NCBI GenBank assembly: GCA_950097015.1
Contig: CATNEN010000026.1
Span: 434,001 to 498,000 of the forward strand
DNA length: 64,000 nt
DNA from: Macrostomum hystrix
Taxonomy: Eukaryota > Animalia > Platyhelminthes
Direction of reading: 5' to 3'
Position 1 is the stretch's first letter, and every line of letters starts with the position of its first letter. Below are positions 24,213 to 37,576 of the stretch, piece by piece. Both the position numbers and the translations under genes were made by a program. The notes beneath the pieces are model-generated. The model saw only the letters and a program-made list of their open reading frames with translations, was not told the origin of the DNA and ran no database searches.

Positions 24213-25262
24213 AGTGTCCAAAGTCGCGAATATGGGGCTGACAGACCAGAAGCTGATGAAAGAAAAAACAACTAGCTGTGTGGGAGAACGAGACACGACT
24301 TCAAAGAGTACTCTTCAGGCGCCTTCAATGTATGATCCCCTTTGAAGCGACGACATGCAGTACCAGCAGTGTTCCATCGCAGCCGAATCCCTCTAAACTG
24401 AATCATTCTAACTTTATGCCCCCTCAACAGCATCCCCCATGCGATTTCTGCCTGACTGTGTGGGGCATCTCCAACTTTTCCGGCCAAGATGGGCATCTAG
24501 GCTTCTTTCTCCCCTTCTGTCTCTCTGTCTGTCTGTCTCTCTTGCCCGACCTCTGCAACCTCGGCGACCCCCGCTGCAGCCCCAGGTGTACTACAAGGCG
24601 TACATCCACCCATTCTGCGGCCTCCATATGCAAGATCTGTGATGTAGCCGAAACCTCCATCACAAAAAACACGCAAATATGGAAAATGTGCAACTATGCA
24701 CCTGGAATTCAATATATACTAACTTCGTTTTGGACTATCGCCAGTCACTAGAGGTGTATTTTGTTATGCCGCTGACTTTCTGCCTTAATTGTTCTGTTCG
24801 CTACCGGAAAAAAAGTGGCTCAGAACGCGTCATTTCTCATTGCCCGGAAACAATTTCGCTAAACAACCCTTATTTCAATCCGTCTAGGTTTCCGCGACTT
24901 TTATGTACGACGTCGTAGAAGAAGTTTACAACAATATAGTCGCAGTTGCTTAGCTTCTTGGCATGCAACTGTCACAATTTATCTTTATTGGCATTTGCTT
25001 TTGCTGCAGTTCTTTCCGGATGCCGTTCGTCTTTGTAAACACAACTTTGATTGGTTAGTTGGGAATGACAGTGTCAACTTTCACAATCTTGACTCTACAT
25101 TTTGGTAACATCTCCCTGGTTGCACCCACTAGACATTCGCAGTAATGTCTGCATGTGACAACAAGCTGTAAAAATTGTCCATACAGACTGTCTCTCACCC
25201 CATATATGGGGACTCTTGTTTCTTAGGGACTAAAGAGACGACAACAGGCTGCATTTGACTGT

Positions 25263-25880
25263 GGAGAGATGAGACACGGGAGAGATGAGACACGGGAAAG
25301 ATGAGACACGGGAGAGATGAGACACAGGAGAGATGAGACACGGGAGAGATGAGACACGGGAGAGATGAGACACGGGAGAGATGAGACACAGGAGAGATGA
25401 GACGCGGGAGAGATGAGACGCGGGAGAGATGAGACGCGGGAGAGATGAGACGCGGGAGAGATGAGACACGGGAGAGATGAGACACGGGAGAGATGAGACG
25501 CGGGAGAGATGAGACACGGGAGAGATGAGACGCGGGAGAGATGAGACGCGGGAGAGATGAGACGCGGGAGAGATGAGACACGGGAGAGATGAGACGCGGG
25601 AGAGATGAGACGCGGGAGAGATGAGACACGGGAGAGATGAGACACGGGAGAGATGAGACACGAGAGCGATGAGACACAGGAGAGATTAGACACGGGAGAG
25701 ATAAGACAGGGGAGAGATTAGACAGGGGAGAGATTAGACAGGGGAGAGATTAGACACGGGAGAGATGAGACACGGGAGAGATGAGACACGGGAGAGAAGA
25801 GACACGGGAGAGATGAGACGCGGGAGAGATGAGACACGGGAGAGATGAGACACGGGAGAGATGAGACGCGGGAGAGAAGA
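25263..25880. repeat. 16-bp minisatellite (gggagagatgagacac), family copy 1
   Basis: Same unit recurs at 37730-38105 and, inverted, at 56473-57670. Confidence 0.95.
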
Positions 25881-26545
25881 GAAAAGGCAGAAAAGAGAAA
25901 GTGTAGGGGTTGCTCTGGACTTATATCAGTATCCCCCAGTTTGTGTAAAGACTTGTCGTATGTTCAGTCATCTCGTTATAAAAGGTTCAATAATCGCGAA
26001 CGGCTATTTGATATTAATGTAGCTGAGTAATGCTTTTCTGAAATTTCGTATTAAAACCACACTCAATAATGTATTCTCTTAAAAAGAGAAACAATTGTTC
26101 TCAAGCGGCAGTACCTGTCAATAAAGATTATGGATCGATGAACCGATTGCGTGACACAGAGTTGATCAGCTCAAACAATGCGACACCGATACAACAATTG
26201 AACTGCGTGACAATATAGCAGATAATCGCGAGCAAATGCCCGATCAATTGGTAATCTATTGGTAAATCTCAGCAATGCAGACACTTTCTTAGAAAATTTC
26301 CTTTAAGAATTAAGTACACAATTCGAAGCTTTTCATTCTAGTTAACATGCGAGCGTTAATGTATCGTTGCAATTTTTTTCGATTAGATATGAAAAATAGT
26401 TATTTTCGCGACACACATTCTAGATTTTTTAAGTAAGGTTGGAAGAGTAATTTTCGAAGTTGGAAGTATAAGTGTCAAGGGTAAGGGTAAGGTTTAGTGT
26501 TAAGTTTGTAAGTGCGTTGAAGACCTTTTGAAGTTGTCATATTAA

Positions 26546-27495
26546 CAGTAGGACTACCAAGCCATTTTGCCGCCCGTTTTTATACCAAGGGGGGGGAATT
26601 TCCCCGCCCCCCTGACAATTTTTTTTGCTGCACCCGAACGGAACAATGCAAGCACACGAAACTGAAGAACACGAGCCAACTTTTTGTTGCGCATCTTCTG
26701 AAACAAGAAAAAAGTCGCCAGCTCTTCAGAACGTCGAGATATTCAATGTTTCTGGCCGAAGGTCCGATTTTTCCCATAAGAGCTAGTGTATTTCATACAC
26801 CCCTATACACGAATTTGCACTGCGCCTCAGTGCGGCCTTTCCAGACCTTCAAACTTTATGAGCATGTCACCCGAATGTGCTTGCATCATCTCCGACTTCG
26901 GCGGTCACCGACCTTTATCTAGACGGAGCTGCTGGACCTTCAACAAGTGGCACCAGCCGACTATGGAGTCACTAAAGCGAATTTCTCTACTTTCGCAGAT
27001 CAAGCCTCGACATTGGGCAACACTCAACTACTTTACATGCTCCTCTAGTCCGTCAACCAATCAGTCACCACCCCGACGCCGTCAGCACCGTCAGCAGGGT
27101 GCCTCCAGCTGGCAATGGAGTCCCTAAAGCGAATTTTTCTACTTTCTCTAATAAATCCTCGATATTGGCCTAAACTCAACTCTTACTTGTTTAAGGTCCA
27201 GCTGCTCCGTCTAGATAAAGGTAGGTGACCACCGAAGACGGAGATGGTGCAGGCACATTCGGGTGACATGCTGATCAATTTTGAAGGCCTGGCAAGGCCG
27301 CACTGAGGCGCAGTGCAAATTCGTGTATAGGGGTGTATGAAATACACTAGCTCTTACGGGAAAAATCGGACCTTCGGCCAGAAACATTGAATATCTAGAC
27401 GGTCTGAAGAGCTGGCGACTTGTTTCTTGTTTCAGAAGATGCGCAACAAAAACTTGGTCAGGGGGGGAATTACCCCCCCCTTGGTAGTTCTACTG
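26546..27495. mobile_element. Non-autonomous TTAA-flanked foldback element, piggyBac-like, ~950 bp
   Basis: TTAA|cagtaggactaccaag ... cttggtagttctactg|TTAA (TTAA at 26542-45 and 27496-99). Long inner inverted arms ~26670-26948 and ~27183-27456; no coding capacity. Confidence 0.82.
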
Positions 27496-29814
27496 TTAAA
27501 GTATTGATAGAATTGAACAGTTCCCTATGGTCAAATAGATTTCCTAAATAAATAGCCCTCAAGCCTAAACAGCTGGTAATTAGCTGTCAGAAGACGATAT
27601 GGAAACTACGAAAGTAAGTCCACTTTTTCATCAGGAAAGTTTGTAAGCCAGAAAGGTATGACCGCAATAAGCCTCCCGACTTCTTCCAGGCACCTGCTTT
27701 AACTTCATTTCTGCTTCAATTCCCAACCGCAGAGCCATGCAAAGCAAACCCGGAAAATGTCACTAAAAAGCGCTACATAAAATGGCGATGTCGTGCGAGT
27801 GCAGCTGTTGAATTGGAAGGTCGGAGGATAGAGGTAAAAACCGCCCAATGCGATGTAACAATAGCGTAGACACTGCTGCGGGGTCAGCTTGTCAAAAGTA
27901 AATGTTTTTAGTCGTTTTTAGAGTTAGAGCGAGCAGCTAGCTAGGGTTTGTTTAAATCTGCCGCATGTAACACCGGCGACAATAAGAGTATATTTTATTA
28001 AATGTGATCTACTATATCTTGTAGCAAAATTCGTCTTGGAATTATGTATATTCTTATCGAAAAACCGTTGAAATTTGTCAAGACAAATGCTTGTCTTTAA
28101 CTTGAGATTTCGTTAGGAGTTTTCTTGGATAATAATTTACCTAATTTACATATTTTACCAATTTACATAAAAATCTTTTTAAATCGTCGTTGTATAAATA
28201 CATAAATATTATTAAAAAGTTTATGAGAAAATAAATAATAAAAGTGCTCCAATTTGTTTTGTTGCTTCGATGCAATTAAATCATTTCATTTCATGTAGCA
28301 AAGGTGTTAATTTTATTTTTTATTTGCAATAGCAAAGTTATTATTTTGATGCGAAATTATATTTCACGAGAAAACAACAAAAAAGATCTTCAATAGAACA
28401 AAAATAAGACCATGTTAATATCTTTTGGGACTAAACAAAGAAAATGTGTTTACTAAATTACATTATAATCCATTGCATGTGCGTTTTGGTATGATGAAAC
28501 AAACATAATAAATGAAAGTAACAACTTTACTGTGAATTTATTTTGTACTCCATGGTTTTCTCGAAAATTCAACTTGAGTAGACTCAGAGTAGGCAAAATC
28601 TGTACATAAATGCCAGTACATTTTACATCGCTTGCAGATCATATTTGACATTAGACTCTGAATGGTGTGTTTAATATAGGGAGCGACATGTTGCGTAGCT
28701 AACACAATGTTACATTTTTTCTGCGAGCATTCGCACGAGAAGAAATTCACAAGAAGAAATTAATTAGGGAAAATTATTGCAACACAACTTCAACATAAAC
28801 ATACGTACAGTTTCCCACTGACTTTTGTTATAGTTGACCTAGTACTAGTACTAGAAAAGCAAAGGCAGAACCCTTATAGTCTTTATAATGGAGGCAGATT
28901 TTAATGGAGTAACAAGAGAAAGTGGGCTTAAATCGAGATAATGAAGCACTTCGCAGCCTATAGCATTGTTTTCATTATGGCGAGTAAATCTATCTGGACG
29001 CAAAAAATTTGCACCTCGGAATCTGCCAGGTAGGCCCAAGGGACCCGCAGCTTGCAGTTGTGTATATCTCCGCCAACTATAACGGGGGCAGGGGGCAGGG
29101 GGCAGGGGGCAGGGGGTAAAAAATGCGGCACTTTCAAAGGTTGCTTTAGCGGTAGTTTAATGGGTGTAAGGAATTTTTCGACGTAAAATGGGAAAAATGG
29201 AAATCTACGCAAGAAATCAGAGACGGAAAAAAGAATTTAGACGCTGTTGTTAAAGATGATAGAATATTTTCGGAGGTTAGAAAAGAGAGAAATAGAATAC
29301 GGAGGTGTTTTCGGTGGTCAGTCGGCAATAGAGTTTTTTCAGACGTTGCATTCCTACTGACGCCGAGATAGTTGGGGGCAGCTGGACACGTCAATTCAGC
29401 GCTTGATAATGTCTGGTCTGTCCCTCCAGCCTCTTGTTTCTCAGGATTCACAGTGTATAAAATCAGAGACTGAACCAAAGTGTCTGGCTATACTTGTAAC
29501 CGCTCGCCTTGTGTAGTGTCGATGCGCGCGTTTGCCTGCAAGCAAAGTGGGTGAAATGAATTTGGTGAATTCTCTCTTCGAATTCGCGCTTTCGTCAAGC
29601 CCCGGACACGATAAGCATCGGATGGGACTAAGGAGGGAAATGCCAACATTTTTGTTTGCTTTTTAAAAAGAAATTTGCCTAACCTGGCTTGCTATGCCTC
29701 ATTATTAGGAGTGATGATCAAGCACAATGGGCCAAACAATATGGCTCTTCAATAACACTTGGATTGCTTTGGTTAGGCAAATACGGACATTGTATTTACT
29801 TTTGCTTTTAATAT

Positions 29815-31322
29815 TGCAACTGCTGCATCTAGTGTCAGATTATAGGATTGCAGTTGCTGCATCTATAGTGTCAGATTATAGGATTGCAACTGCTGCATCT
29901 AGTGTCAGATTATAGGATTGCAGTTGCTGCATCTAGTGTCAGATTATAGGATTGCAACTGCTGCATCTAGTGTCAGATTATAGGATTGCAACTGCTGCAT
30001 CTAGTGTCAGATTATAGGATTGCAACTGCTGCATCTAGTGTCAGATTATAGGATTGCAACTGCTGCATCTAGTGTCAGATTATAGGATTGCAACTGCTGC
30101 ATCTAGTGTCAGATTATAGGATTGCAACTGCTGCATATAGTGTCAGATTATAGGATTGCAACTGCTGCATCTAGTGTCAGATTATAGGATTGCAACTGCT
30201 GCATCTAGTGTCAGATTATAGGATTGCAACTGCTGCATCTAGTGTCAGATTATAGGATTGCAGTTGCTGCATCTAGTGTCAGATTATAGGATTGCAACTG
30301 CTGCATCTAGTGTCAGATTATAGGATTGCAACTGCTGCATCCAGTGTCAGATTATAGGATTGCAACTGCTGCATCTAGTGTCAGATTATAGGATTGCAAC
30401 TGCTGCAGCTAGTGTCAGATTATAGGATTGCAACTGCTGCATCTAGTGTCAGATTATAGGATTGCAACTGCTGCAGCTAGTGTCAGATTATAGGATTGCA
30501 ACTGCTGCATCTAGTGTCAGATTATAGGATTGCAACTGCTGCATCTAGTGTCAGATTGTAGGATTGCAACCGCTGCAGCTAGTGTCAGATTATAGGATTG
30601 CAACTGCTGCATCTAGTGTCAGATTATAGGATTGCAACTGCTGCATCTAGTGTCAGATTATAGGATTGCAACTGCTGCATCTAGTGTCAGATTATAGGAT
30701 TGCAACTGCTGCATCTAGTGTCAGATTATAGGATTGCAACTGCTGCATCTAGTGTCAGATTATAGGATTGCAACTGCTGCATCTAGTGTCAGATTATAGG
30801 ATTGCAACTGCTGCATCTAGTGTCAGATTATAGGATTGCAACTGCTGCAGCTAGTGTCAGATTATAGGATTGCAACTGCTGCATCTAGTGTCAGATTATA
30901 GGATTGTAACCGCTGCAGCTAGTGTCAGATTATAGGATTGCAACTGCTGCAGCTAGTGTCAGATTATAGGATTGCAACTGCTGCATCTAGTGTCAGATTA
31001 TAGGATTGTAACCGCTGCAGCTAGTGTCAGATTATAGGATTGCAACTGCTGCAGCTAGTGTCAGATTATAGGATTGCAACTGCTGCATCTAGTGTCAGAT
31101 TATAGGATTGCAACTGCTGCAGCTAGTGTCAGATTATAGGATTGCAACTGCTGCAGCTAGTGTCAGATTATAGGATTGCAACTGCTGCATCTAGTGTCAG
31201 ATTATAGGATTGCAACTGCTGCAGCTAGTGTCAGATTATAGGATTGCAACTGCTGCAGCTAGTGTCAGATTATAGGATTGCAACTGCTGCAGCTAGTGTC
31301 AGATTATAGGATTGCAACTGCA
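29815..31322. repeat. 34-bp minisatellite (ctagtgtcagattataggattgcaactgctgcat)
   Basis: About 44 highly homogeneous copies. Confidence 0.97.
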
Positions 31323-31794
31323 ATACTGATGTTTACAATGAGACTTTGGCAGCAGCTACAATACACATATGATGCAAGTGACTCCGCAGTCATTATTCTG
31401 TTCCTGCCACGTGAATTCCATTGTACCACTGAATCAAGGTGCATTCATTCGCTGTAGCTGAATAAGAGCTATTGTAGTGCCGTATCAATGAGTTCAGAAT
31501 CTGATCGATTGGGATGTCTAGCTAGGCCCAATAAATTATTTTAGATAGCTTTACTTAAAGCAAGTTTTTTTGGATGCCAGGTCATTGAATAATTTTTCTA
31601 AAGAGAGACACTCACACGTGCGGAACACTTTTAAAAAGGAAAGATAAATTACTGAATTAGAGAGGGAGTTGGGAGTTTTTTGTATGTGACAAGGTCAGTG
31701 CGTGACAACATTGAAACGGATGTCTTAGCCTAAGGATTCGCAGCCAAAACTATTGCTACTGGATTAAACTGAAACATGAACTATACTTCATGGC

Positions 31795-32355
31795 GTCTTT
31801 TGGCCATAGACACTAAAAAGGAATCAGACTTCCGAGCCTCTTGGCCATAGACAGAAAAATCTACTCAGGCCTCTTGGCCATAGACACTAAAACTGGAATC
31901 AGACTTCGCAGCCTCTTGGCCATAGACACTAAAACTGGAATCAGACTTCGCAGCCTCTTGGCCATAGACACTAAAACTGGAATCAGACTTCGCGGCCTCT
32001 TGGCCATAGACACTAAAACTGGAATCAGACTTCGCAGCCTCTTGGCCATAGACACTAAAACAGGAATCAGACTTCGCAGCCTCTTGGCCATAGACACTAA
32101 AACTGGAATCAGACTTCGCCGCCTCTTGGCCATTGACACTAAAACTGGAATCAGACTTCGCAGCCTCTTGGCCATAGACACTAAAACTGGAATCAGACTT
32201 CGCAGCCTCTTGGCCATAGACACCAAAACTGGAATTAGACTTCGCGGCCTCTTGGCCATAGACACTAAAACTGGAATCAGACTTCGCAGCCTCTTGGCCA
32301 TAGACACTAAAACTGGAATCAGACTTCGCGGCCTCTTGGCCATAGACACTAAAAC
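31795..32355. repeat. 42-bp minisatellite (gcctcttggccatagacactaaaactggaatcagacttcgca)
   Basis: About 12 copies; 14-aa periodic ORFs on both strands. Confidence 0.95.
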
Positions 32356-33254
32356 ATTAGTTAAGACTTTATGGCCTCTTATCTGTAAAGTGGCAGGTAG
32401 TGCAGGTAATGAGTCATAGGCATTCCATGCTTGTTTGAGTCTCTCTTAGAGAAGAATGTGACGGCAATATGCGGCTCTCGTGTATACGAAGTGACGGATT
32501 TGAAGCTAATCTAGTTTCTGAGGTGGGAACACTGAGCTGGGACTCTCGGGTTCCGTCTCCCTATCCCATGGTTTAGCCGCATTGGAGGCACTGATCGACA
32601 AATTGATTTCTAAATAGAGGCGGAGAGGAAAGACGGGGATATATAAGGATGGTGTGGGGAGAGATAATCTCTAAGGTGGAGTGTTTAGTCGAGCACTATG
32701 CAGCACTGCTCCATAGAGTATATATGCTAAATACTAATTTCTGGCTAAGCTCGAAACCTGATAAGTTACTGACTCCATCCTCCATTGCAGGCGGCACAGT
32801 GATTCGACCGTGTTAACACCTTCTCCGTTTCCATAATCCGAATTTGGCCAGGTTGAACAGTTGACCTGCTAGATATCTAAATCCATCTTCGATACAAAAC
32901 GGTTGGGAGAAAATGTAACTAAACCTACTAAGCCGTATATAAGGCCGAGATTTGTTCATTCTAATGATATCCCTCACTAAAACCCCAACTTCCCCTAGAG
33001 GATAGGGCGGAGGGGATTTCGCAGTTCGCACCTCCGAAAGAAAAAATCAAGTCATTGACGAGTCTATCTCCTCATCTATCAACTCCAGGGTTAGGCGGCC
33101 GAAACTACAGTGCATGCCAATGCCAGTAACTTCTCTGAACCCACCCACACTTCGATCAATCAAGCCAGCAACAGTGAAGGCTCTTTTTCATTTTTGCGCA
33201 ATAAAATATAGTAGACCGCAAACTTGTACGTAGGGACCGTTAGATTGGTAATTA

Positions 33255-33788
33255 GTAGATCGGGGATCTAGTAGATCGGGGATCTAGTAGATCGGGGATC
33301 TAGTAGATCGGGGATCTAGTAGATCGGGGATCTAGTAGATCGGGGATCTAGTAGATCGGGGGTCTAGTAGACAGGGATCTGGTATAATGGGGATCTAGTA
33401 GACAGGGATCTGGTATATTGGGGATCTAGTAGACAGGGATCTGGTATATTGGGGATCTAGTAGACAGGGATCTAGTAGACAGGGATCTAGTAGACAGGGA
33501 TCTAGTAGACAGGGATCTGGTATATTGGGGATCTAGTAGACAGGGATCTGGTATTTTGGGGATCTAGTAGACAGGGATCTGGTATTTTGGGGATCTAGTA
33601 GACAGGGATCTGGTATATTGGGGATCTAGTAGACAGGGATCTGGTATTTTGGGGATCTAGTAGACAGGGATCTGGTATATTGGGGATCTAGTAGATCGGG
33701 GATCTAGTAGATCGGGGATCTAGTAGATCAGGGATCTAGTAGACAGGGATCTGGTATATTGGGGATCTGGTATATTGGGGATCTGGTC
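33255..33788. repeat. 15/16-bp compound minisatellite (gggatctagtagatcg / gggatctagtagaca / gggatctggtatattg)
   Basis: Three related units interleaved. Confidence 0.92.
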
Positions 33789-33887
33789 GATGGTGAATTT
33801 GTAGTTAGACAACTTTTGCAACCAGCAAAGCAAGCTCAAAGTATCTCACCTTTAAAGCCCGGATCGGATAATTAAATGGCGTGCGAA

Positions 33888-34183
33888 TCAGGTGCAAAAG
33901 TACGGATTGCTGCAATAGACATTATCCGTCGCTTTGAAAGAATCCGAAGCTGCATTCGCTCTAGAAGAGACAGTTGCCGTCCCTCCTATCCCGGACGATG
34001 TCGACAATGATCCCGACGCCGCAGCCGACGCGGCAGCCGCCGTTGCGTTGGCGGCCAACGCCGCAACTTCCTCGTCGTTGTGTCGGAGCAGTCGAGACGC
34101 AACAGCGAATCCTCCGCTGACGCCGCTTCGATGCCCTGCGCCGCCGCCGGCGGGACCGCCGAAATGTTTCGGAGTTCGCAGCC
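33888..34183 (-). CDS. Putative terminal coding exon, most simply the protocadherin cytoplasmic tail
   Basis: Isolated GC-rich segment with a strong acceptor (ttttatcgcag|GG). The phase-1 frame RLRTPKHFGG..AAAS..DNVYCSNPYFCT* matches the phase-1 donor CGA C|gtaagt at 45856. The linkage is inferred. Confidence 0.45.
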
Positions 34184-35709
34184 CTGCGATAAAATCGCGA
34201 TAAAAAATACATAGACGAAAAATATCCCATAATTTTTTTTCTAGAGCTATCAGACAAAATCCCATTTTTCCTCTCTCCCAATGTCCTCAAGAAGGAACAT
34301 GACAGTTTCCGATTAAAAAATGTCTCCCAGATTGATTGCAGTTTTCCATGCAAGTTCCTGGGACACTGTCAGCAAGCGGAGGGGGTTTGGCGGTGTTAAT
34401 CCCGTCTATTTGCCCATGTGGCCTGGCTCATCTTCCCATCATCGTCATATACTGCATGACCTCCACCAGCAGCCAAGCCAACATGATCGACCCGAAGATC
34501 ATCTATTGCCCCCATCTCTGCTTGAAGAGAATTTTTTCAAGCATTTCTTGCAGCATGGCCAAGCCCGAAAGTGATTTATGAAGATAGAAGCAAGTTTTAA
34601 ATAATCAAATACAGCCCGCAAAAAATAGATAATAAGTAGATTTGTCTAGAAACCTTCTAGAGAACGTGTAGTTCAGTAGAAGTTGCTGCATTGCTACAAG
34701 CAAGATGGACTTCTAGACAATGAGTAGCAAACTACCTTCTCTAGGGACACAGCAATCTCCTAGGCAGTCGCTTCTTTCAAAGCATAAAAAACTGACAGAG
34801 AGAACAGACGACAAACAGGCGGGCTTTGGGAAAACTTTTTTTTATGACCGACAAGGGGAACACAATCTTCCATGTCAAAGTGTGTCTTTGTGAGCCTGAG
34901 CAGCCTGAGCTCATGGATATCTTATTGCCTGACCGGCTTTGTGGGTATCAACTGACATTGTTGCTATACAGCTGGCAGTGAGTTGTCATTGACCACTGAA
35001 GATAGTCATACCCCTTTTGTTTTATCCCTCTTAAACGCCAACAAGTTATTTTGGGCTCAATTCAATTTGCGTGCGAACCAGTCCGTGCTTTCCTCACTTC
35101 CTTATCAATCTGCAACTTTTCTTCTCTGTAAAAGAATTCCTATTTAGGCAAAGTTTCCGCTATCCCATTGAAGGCATTGTCCTGTCGAAGGATCCGCTAT
35201 ACGGTTGTGACAGGCAATCAAAGGTACATTTGCAGCTTCCTTCCTGACTCTGGCGGCGAAATAGATGGGGAAAATCGAAAATGAAATCAGCGTGTGGCTC
35301 TGAAAAAGACGGGAAAATTAGTAGACTAACAGCCACCTCCGCTAGGATCAAAGGATTTCAGGAAGCGAAGCTAAACTCAAATTGCCCGATTCGGGAAGTG
35401 AAAATTGGCGCCTTCCCAGCAAGGCCTGCTCATTTGGGGAGAATTAAAAAAAATAACTTTTCTTTTAATTGTCGTTCAAGTGATTTTTCTCTCTCTGCGT
35501 AAGAATATACCGATGCGTCGCAAAGTGTTCCAATGCCTTCTAAAATATCCCCCTATTTGAATTAATTTTTCTAAGCATGCACAGCTCTACATGTCGAAGA
35601 TATCATATGCTATTCGTGATCTCAAATGAAGATAATCTTATGGCTCTCATTATTTTTATTTCCCAACCTACAAATATTTTCAATATTTTCTAAATCTCCA
35701 ATCCTCATA

Positions 35710-36622
35710 ATTCCCCATCCATAAAATATGCCATCCATAAAATGTCCCATCCATAAAATATCCCATCCATAAAATATCCCATCCATAAAGTATCCCATCC
35801 ATAAAATGTCCCATCCATAAAATGTCCCATCCATAAAATGCCCCATCCATAAAATGTCCCATCCATAAAATATCCCATCCATAAAATGTCCCATCCAGAA
35901 AATGTTCCATCCATAAAATGTCCCATCCATAAAATGTCCCATCCATAAAATGTCCCACCCGTAGAATGTCCCATCCATAAAATGTCCCACCCGTAGAATG
36001 TCCCATCCATAAAATGTCCCACCCGTAGAATGTCCCATCCATAAAATGTCCCACCCGTAGAATGTCCCATCCATAAAATATCCCATCCATAAAATGTCCC
36101 ATCCATAAAATGTCCCATCCATAAAATGTCCCATCCATAAAATGTCCCATCCATAAAATGTCCCACCCGTAGAATGTCCCATCCATAAAATGTCCCACCC
36201 GTAGAATGTCCCATCCATAAAATGTCCCACCCGTAGAATGTCCCATCCATAAAATGTCCCACCCGTAGAATGTCCCATCCATAAAATATCCCATCCATAA
36301 AATGTCCCATCCATAAAATGTCCCATCCATAAAATGTCCCATCCATAAAATGTCCCATCCATAAAATATCCCACCCGTAGAATGTCCCATCCATAAAATG
36401 TCCCATCCATAAAATGTCCCATCCGTAAAATATCCCACCCGTAGAATGTCCCATCCATAAAATGTCCCACCCGTAGAATGTCCCATCCATAAAATATCCC
36501 ATCCATAAAATGTCCCATCCATAAAATGTCCCGTCCATAAAATGTCCCATCCATAAAATGTCCCATCCATAAAATGTCCCATCCATAAAATGTCCCATCC
36601 ATAAAATGTCCCGTCCATAAAA
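35710..36622. repeat. 16-bp minisatellite (ccatccataaaatgtc)
   Basis: About 56 copies, with a ccacccgtagaatgtc variant. Confidence 0.96.
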
Positions 36623-37576
36623 TTAACATGCTTAAAATTGTTCAAATGTTCAAAATATCCTTTGTTTTTGTCAAATATTATTGAAAAATGTTCAGCATTC
36701 GAAGTACAAACTAATCAATATTGCACTCTGAACATAAAATCAAAGACAGACACCGCCATGCATTTTGCTATCTGTCACCCTTCTTCAAATTTTCGCCTCC
36801 TTAAAATGCCGAAACACTCGCTTCCCAACAACTGTCATAAATCTGGCTTTTAGTGGCAACCCATAGTCAAACAATCCATTTTATCGCCCCCCCAAGCAAA
36901 CTTAAAAAGAAACGTACAAATGGACAAAAATATAAAACTGTTCTGACGAAAGCCAAGGCTTCGAGGCAACCCTTAAAAACATTACCCCGCCCAGTCATGA
37001 AAGGGGCCATAAAAAAAGAAGATGGATTGAAAACCATATTTGTCTTCAGCATAATTGTTAAACGGCCCTTTTTAGGACGTCAGGATTTGCTTGGTGATCC
37101 GAAAAACTTCCGTCCCTCCCTCCCGCCGGTGTCTTGTCATTAAAACAAACCTAACCCGGCAGGGTACCGCGCCCGCCTAAGTTCATTAGAATATTACGCA
37201 ATCGGAATGAGCACTTAACTCTGGGAGCTACTTGAAAGAGTTTTTTTGAGTCTGACTCACCAACTGCTGAGATGACAGGTCTTTGACTAACGACTGTCTC
37301 TAGCTATCTTATTCTCGGGATTCGCAAATTCTGGCAAAAGGGATTTCGCTTCGTTGCACATCTTGGGAAGCTATCTCTCTCCCCGGCGCTGTTTATCTTC
37401 TGAATCGTTTTGCTTTCATTTTAACTCATCAGAGTCCAGTTGTGTAAGTTTCAATTCTTGCAAAGCCAATATTAAAAGCATTTTCTCGGACTCTTCATCG
37501 GCGAAATTATTGTAGAATAAAGTTTAAGTCTCTCTCTCTTAAGACGATTTTGTCTAATTACCGATGTCAGTCTCAG

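Noticed and set aside
29815-31322. CRISPR-like array (34-bp repeat; also the 33-, 35- and 42-bp arrays)
   Set aside because: Units are directly contiguous with no unique spacers, there are no cas genes, and the context is eukaryotic.
34320-34581. GPCR TM7-like fragment (NMIDPKIIYC)
   Set aside because: Short, with no flanking TM exons and no convincing splice sites.
37255-37285. 26-nt micro-exon candidate in the protocadherin intron (tag|TCAAAG...TTG|gtgagt)
   Set aside because: Its exit phase (0) does not fit the preferred phase-1 frame of the terminal exon, and the acceptor is weak.
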